DNA of 64,000 nucleotides, taken from SAR116 cluster bacterium AG-313-A07 (GTDB lineage: Bacteria > Pseudomonadota > Alphaproteobacteria > Thalassobaculales > Thalassobaculaceae). Every line of letters starts with the position of its first letter. Position 1 is the stretch's first letter. The position numbers and the translations under genes are program-made. The notes under the pieces are model-generated. The model was not told the DNA's origin. It worked only from the letters and a program-made list of their open reading frames with translations, and did no database searches. This document shows, piece by piece, positions 59,951 to 64,000 of this stretch. Where the stretch lies: assembly GCA_003284265.1 (NCBI GenBank), contig QBVV01000005.1, forward strand, positions 500-64,499, written 5' to 3'.

Positions 59951-60835
59951 ATGAAGAGCGTAAGAAATCATAGGTTAGCGTTCTGGCTAACTTTTTGTCT
60001 GCCAACCCTTTGGATGCTAATGTTTTTATTAGTTCCAATTGTAATAATTAGTATTTTTAGCTTTTCAGCAAAACAGGGACTAGTTGATATTTCGGCTAGT
60101 TGGGTTTTAGATAATTATATCCGTGCCTTCGATCCTGTGTATCTTTCAGTCTTTTTCAAAAGTATGGGAATAGCCGGTTTAACGACCTCGATTTGTTTTC
60201 TCATAGGCTTTCCCCTTGCCATTGGTATTGCTAGCGCTCCCAAAAGTTGGAAGCCCATTCTTTTAATGATTGTGGTATTACCGTTTTGGGTTAATCTCCT
60301 AATCCGGACGTACGCACTAATCGCTGTCTTTCGGACAAGAGGATTCTTTAACTTTTCGTTGGAATGGGTTGCTAATTTATTAGGCATTCCCTTTGAGCCG
60401 CTCACTTTGCTGTATAATGATGCGGCAGTTATTTTAGGATTGGTATACATCCATCTTCCATTTATGATTTTGCCTTTATATGCTGGGTTTGAGGGCTTCA
60501 ACAAATCATTACTCGAGGCCGCGTCAGACCTTGGAGCACGGCAGTTTAAGATTATGACCGCTGTTGTGTTGCCAATAATGGCACCTTCTATAATTTCGGG
60601 CTGTATACTGGTATTTATTCCTGCTTTAGGCTCTTTTTTAACGCCAGAGTTATTAGGAGGGCCTAGTAGTCAAATGATAGCAAACGTTATAGAGAGGCAG
60701 TTTCTGGCTGCCAATGATTGGCCATTTGGTTCTGCACTTTCTATGATTCTAATCTATTTAACATTTGGTGCGCTAGCACTCAGATATTTTTGGCTGCGCC
60801 GACGGTATTTTGGTTCGACGGAGAATAGGCCGTGA
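59951..60835 (+). CDS. ABC transporter permease (PotB/PotH-like)
   Basis: 294 aa with 6 TM helices and an EAA loop (LEAASDLGARQFKIMTAVVLP). Confidence 0.88.
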   Translation: MKSVRNHRLAFWLTFCLPTLWMLMFLLVPIVIISIFSFSAKQGLVDISASWVLDNYIRAFDPVYLSVFFKSMGIAGLTTSICFLIGFPLAIGIASAPKSWKPILLMIVVLPFWVNLLIRTYALIAVFRTRGFFNFSLEWVANLLGIPFEPLTLLYNDAAVILGLVYIHLPFMILPLYAGFEGFNKSLLEAASDLGARQFKIMTAVVLPIMAPSIISGCILVFIPALGSFLTPELLGGPSSQMIANVIERQFLAANDWPFGSALSMILIYLTFGALALRYFWLRRRYFGSTENRP

Positions 60836-61683
60836 ACCAACAGCAGAATAAAAATTGTCAAAACAGATTATTTAATTATTTCCATCAGTGGTGGTTTAGA
60901 ATGACGCTATGTTGCACCATAGTCTTCCTTTATGCGCCCATAATAGTGTTAGTCATATTTTCATTTAATGATAGCCGAAGAAATGTCACCTGGCATGGTT
61001 TTACATTTAAATATTATGAAAAAGCCCTTCAAAACAATAACTTAATAGAGGCATTTTTTAATTCGCTATCCATTGCTTTTTTCAATACTTTATTCAGTTT
61101 AATTTTGGGCACCTTAACAGCTTTATTACTATGGCGGTTCCGTTTTTCATATAAGTCGGTATACGAGGGAATAATTCTTATTCCTATTATCATTCCAGAA
61201 ATATGTATTGGCATAGCTCTATTAGTTTTTTTTAAACTATGCGGCTGGCCTAACGATTTACCCTGGCCATTAAATCTTTCAAAGATAACCTGTGCACATA
61301 TTTTATTCAGCTTTCCATTTGTAGCTGTAATTATTCGTGCCCGATTAGCTACATTTAATTTAGCCCAAGAGGAGGCTGCGCTAGATCTAGGTGCTAACCA
61401 CAAACAGATTTTTAAGAATATTCTCTTTCCGCACCTTAAATCTGCTCTTGTCGTAAGCTCGCTCCTTGCGTTTACACTTTCGTTAGATGACTTTGTTATA
61501 ACTTTTTTTATGTCTGGACCAGAAACTACTACGGTACCGCTAAAAATTTATTCCATGGTACGGTTTTCCGTAACGCCTGAAGTAAATGCTGCATCTACCA
61601 TATTATTGCTGATTACTATTGCTCTGGCCGCAATTGCAATTTGGATTCAAAGGAGTTGGGTACAAGAGGTCGAAAAACCATGA
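60832..61683 (+). CDS. ABC transporter permease (PotC/PotI-like), GTG start
   Basis: 283 aa with an EAA loop (EEAALDLGANHKQIFKNILFP). Its start overlaps the upstream stop (GTGA). Confidence 0.88.
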   Translation: MNQQQNKNCQNRLFNYFHQWWFRMTLCCTIVFLYAPIIVLVIFSFNDSRRNVTWHGFTFKYYEKALQNNNLIEAFFNSLSIAFFNTLFSLILGTLTALLLWRFRFSYKSVYEGIILIPIIIPEICIGIALLVFFKLCGWPNDLPWPLNLSKITCAHILFSFPFVAVIIRARLATFNLAQEEAALDLGANHKQIFKNILFPHLKSALVVSSLLAFTLSLDDFVITFFMSGPETTTVPLKIYSMVRFSVTPEVNAASTILLLITIALAAIAIWIQRSWVQEVEKP

Positions 61684-62780
61684 ACCGTTCTATCGTGCAA
61701 CTTAAAGGCATATCTAAAAATTACGGGACCTTAGAGGCTATCAAAGAAATAGATTTAGATATCTTTAAAGGGGAATTTTTTTCAATAATAGGACCGTCGG
61801 GATGCGGTAAAACGACTCTTCTGAGAGTATTAGCTGGATTTGAAATTCCAGATTCTGGATCGCTATATATTGAGAATATTAATATGCAAAATGTGCCTCC
61901 AAACAAACGCTCCATTAATATGGTGTTTCAGTCCTATGCATTATTTCCACATATGAATGTCTTGGACAATGTTGCATTTGGATTGAGAGTGGATGGTGTT
62001 GCGAGGGATGAACAATCTCGAAGAGTAAAATCAATGCTTTCTCTCGTAAAGTTATCAGGCCTTGAAAATAGGTTGCCCCATCAACTCTCAGGCGGACAAC
62101 TTCAAAGAGTGGCGTTGGCACGTGCGTTAATAAAAAAACCTCAGGTTTTACTTCTTGATGAACCATTATCAGCTCTAGATGCTAAATTGCGAAATGAAAT
62201 GAGACAAGAGCTCATTCGATTACAAAAAAATCTTGGGATCACATTCATTTTAATCACACATGATCAGCAAGAAGCATTATCAATGGCAGACCGGATTGCC
62301 GTCATGAATGATGGAGCTATACAACAAGTGGCATCGCCAAGTGATTTATACGAATTTCCTTCTAATAAGTTTGTGGCAGATTTTATTGGATCAATTAATT
62401 TTATAGGATGCCAATTAAGCGAGAAAGATGGTGATGTTTTTAAAGTTATTACCAGGATCTCAAAAGATGCATTTACTGTTGAGGGAAATAATTCATTGCG
62501 GATTGGCCAAGATTGTTGGTTGGGAATTCGCCCTGAAAAAATAAATTTCGAAGATGCTGATGTAGTTAATCCAAATCATAATAAACTTTCAGGTGTTGTG
62601 AAAAATATTACTTATTTTGGACAGGCATCGATGTATCATGTGGAAGTTACTGGGGAAAAAACAGCCACAATAAATGTGATGGAAAATCACTCAAAAAGAT
62701 CAAGCGGCACAACAAATGAAGTAGGGGATTCAGTAGTTTTGTGCTGGTCGACCGATTCTACTTCATTATTCACAAGCTAA
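61680..62780 (+). CDS. ABC transporter ATP-binding protein (PotA/PotG-like)
   Basis: The start at the ATG at 61680 overlaps the permease stop (ATGA); the track ORF begins at 61641. Walker A GPSGCGKTT, signature LSGGQLQRV and Walker B LLLDEPLSALD. Confidence 0.93.
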   Translation: MNRSIVQLKGISKNYGTLEAIKEIDLDIFKGEFFSIIGPSGCGKTTLLRVLAGFEIPDSGSLYIENINMQNVPPNKRSINMVFQSYALFPHMNVLDNVAFGLRVDGVARDEQSRRVKSMLSLVKLSGLENRLPHQLSGGQLQRVALARALIKKPQVLLLDEPLSALDAKLRNEMRQELIRLQKNLGITFILITHDQQEALSMADRIAVMNDGAIQQVASPSDLYEFPSNKFVADFIGSINFIGCQLSEKDGDVFKVITRISKDAFTVEGNNSLRIGQDCWLGIRPEKINFEDADVVNPNHNKLSGVVKNITYFGQASMYHVEVTGEKTATINVMENHSKRSSGTTNEVGDSVVLCWSTDSTSLFTS

Positions 62781-62791
62781 TGAATGTTGAT

Positions 62792-63862
62792 TTAAAAGTA
62801 TTTTTTTATAAGCTTAAACGCCAATGGTGCTAATAAAATCACCATCCCAATGCGGCAAAGGTGATGGGTAGCTACAAAGGGAACATCTTGTCCTATGCCG
62901 AAAGCAATGAGACTCATCTCAGCTAATCCGCCTGGGGCATATGCGAGTGTTATTAAATACCAGGGTAACCCGGTTATACCACTGAGAATGAAGCCTGCAC
63001 CAACTGCAGTTGACATTAATATGAAGGTTGACCCGATAGAAATTCTGATAGCTTGGGTTATCTCGCCGTAATCAGTACCTGTGAAACGACAGCCTATAGC
63101 GGTTCCTAATATCACTTGGGCAGCAGCAACCAAGCCCGTTGGTGGCGACGCATTACTCCAGCCGGCGATATGTGCAATTGCTGTCAGTATCAGGGATCCC
63201 AGAAGAAAAGCGGCGGGTAATTTCAGTTTTTTAGCTAGGAAAGGTCCTAATGTCACGCATATTCCAATGATACACCATTCATGGAATGGCAGATCAAAAC
63301 CTTGTCCTTCTGGAAGCAGTCCCGGAGGAGCCTCATATCCGCCAAATATTCTAAATAGAACAGGAATGGTCATCACAACCAATAAGACCCGGGATGCTTG
63401 TGTCAGTGCAATTATTCTATCGTCACCGCCCATTTCTCCACCAATAATTGTCATATCATTTAGGCCTCCGGGTGCAGCTGAAAAATATGCAGTTATTGGA
63501 TCATAGTTCCCCATCTTCCTCAGATAGCTAAGTACTAGGTACATTGCGATGATGCCATAAATTAGCATTGCTATTACAGAGATTAACCAGCTGCCTATCT
63601 GGTTAATAAGCTCCGGTGTGAATTGACTTCCAAGCAGGACTCCTATGAAAACGACCATGCTCTGCCGTAGCATAAAAGGTAGAAGAACTGGAATGCCGGA
63701 TACAGCCGCAACAGTAACGAAAACCATTGCACCCAACATCCAAGGAAGCGGTAGCTTTATTACCGCAAAGATTAAACCTCCAAGAGTGCCAATAGTGATT
63801 GCAATAATTACTTGCGCTAATTTATTATTTTTGATCGCCGTAAATTGTCTGGAATTTAACAT
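62792..63862 (-). CDS. AbrB-family duplicated membrane protein (so-called putative ammonia monooxygenase family); function unknown
   Basis: 356 aa, polytopic, with an internal duplication carrying APGGLNDMTIIG and APGGLAEMSLIA. Confidence 0.78.
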   Translation of the reverse strand: MLNSRQFTAIKNNKLAQVIIAITIGTLGGLIFAVIKLPLPWMLGAMVFVTVAAVSGIPVLLPFMLRQSMVVFIGVLLGSQFTPELINQIGSWLISVIAMLIYGIIAMYLVLSYLRKMGNYDPITAYFSAAPGGLNDMTIIGGEMGGDDRIIALTQASRVLLVVMTIPVLFRIFGGYEAPPGLLPEGQGFDLPFHEWCIIGICVTLGPFLAKKLKLPAAFLLGSLILTAIAHIAGWSNASPPTGLVAAAQVILGTAIGCRFTGTDYGEITQAIRISIGSTFILMSTAVGAGFILSGITGLPWYLITLAYAPGGLAEMSLIAFGIGQDVPFVATHHLCRIGMVILLAPLAFKLIKKYF

Positions 63863-64000
63863 GAAAGTTATTATGTTTCGGCTAATTAAAATATTGGACT
63901 GAAGTAGGGCGTTTTAAATGCTATTTCCTACAAAACATTGGGTCTACTCCCAGCAGTAGGACGAGACTAAGGCCTAGTTAACGAACATGAAAGCATAAAT

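Noticed and set aside
63863-64000. Possible tRNA or terminator at the window end (hairpin GTCTACT-cccagc-AGTAgGAC at about 63942-63962)
   Set aside because: There is no T-loop (GGTTCGAATCC-like) or cloverleaf arrangement. The hairpin is short and bulged and lacks a convincing U-run. It cannot be interpreted without the downstream sequence.
1-64000. Search for CRISPR arrays, IS elements or transposases, integrases, prophage genes, toxin-antitoxin pairs and known defence-system genes
   Set aside because: I found no regularly spaced direct repeats, terminal inverted repeats, or ORFs with DDE, tyrosine-recombinase, phage or defence hallmarks. The window reads as core chromosome plus metabolic accessory genes.

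Overview
This is a 64-kb chromosomal segment whose gene content and order fit a free-living, probably marine, alphaproteobacterium. GC looks low-to-mid 40s % by eye; I did not compute it.

Layout:
- 1-12.5 kb: S10/spc/alpha ribosomal-protein superoperon, from partial rplD to rplQ, including secY, adk and rpoA.
- 12.6-20.9 kb: co-directional housekeeping block. It holds a DegP-like protease, rarA, a DUF429-like ORF, crcB, an RluC-like synthase, an ATP12 chaperone, a PccB-like carboxyltransferase and an alpha/beta hydrolase.
- 21-25.5 kb: rnhA-thrB-ispH on the minus strand, a lipoprotein, and a second carboxyltransferase.
- 25.7-37.8 kb: glycine/methylated-amine module. It holds a tandem glycine riboswitch, gcvTHP, a non-pyrrolysine MttB-family methyltransferase, and the convergent soxBDAG operon plus a GNAT.
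- 38-44.5 kb: mixed genes. These are a class II aldolase, a CCP-like M14 peptidase, an ArsC-family protein, a decayed [2Fe-2S]-domain relic, a hydrolase, a 584-aa orphan protein and an EamA transporter.
- 44.7-50.9 kb: Rrf2 regulator-sufBCDS-sufT-sufA.
- 51-58.7 kb: the most accessory-looking part. It holds EamA, GFA, a divergent cluster (MaoC hydratase, CaiD-like crotonase and O-MTase-family methyltransferase facing a Zn-ADH and an amidinotransferase), a DddQ-like cupin and a GNAT.
- 58.8-63.9 kb: PotD-type ABC transporter and an AbrB-family membrane protein.

I saw no rRNA, tRNA, CRISPR array, transposase, integrase, prophage or recognisable defence genes.

Nothing here is demonstrably a new system from sequence alone. 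The best candidates for unexplained biology are:
- the 52.4-58.2 kb orphan metabolic cluster;
- the corrinoid-less MttB-family gene tucked behind the riboswitch-controlled gcvTHP operon;
- the 584-aa orphan protein;
- the DUF429-like ORF translationally coupled to rarA.

All functional calls come from my own motif and family recognition and from synteny. No database search was run.
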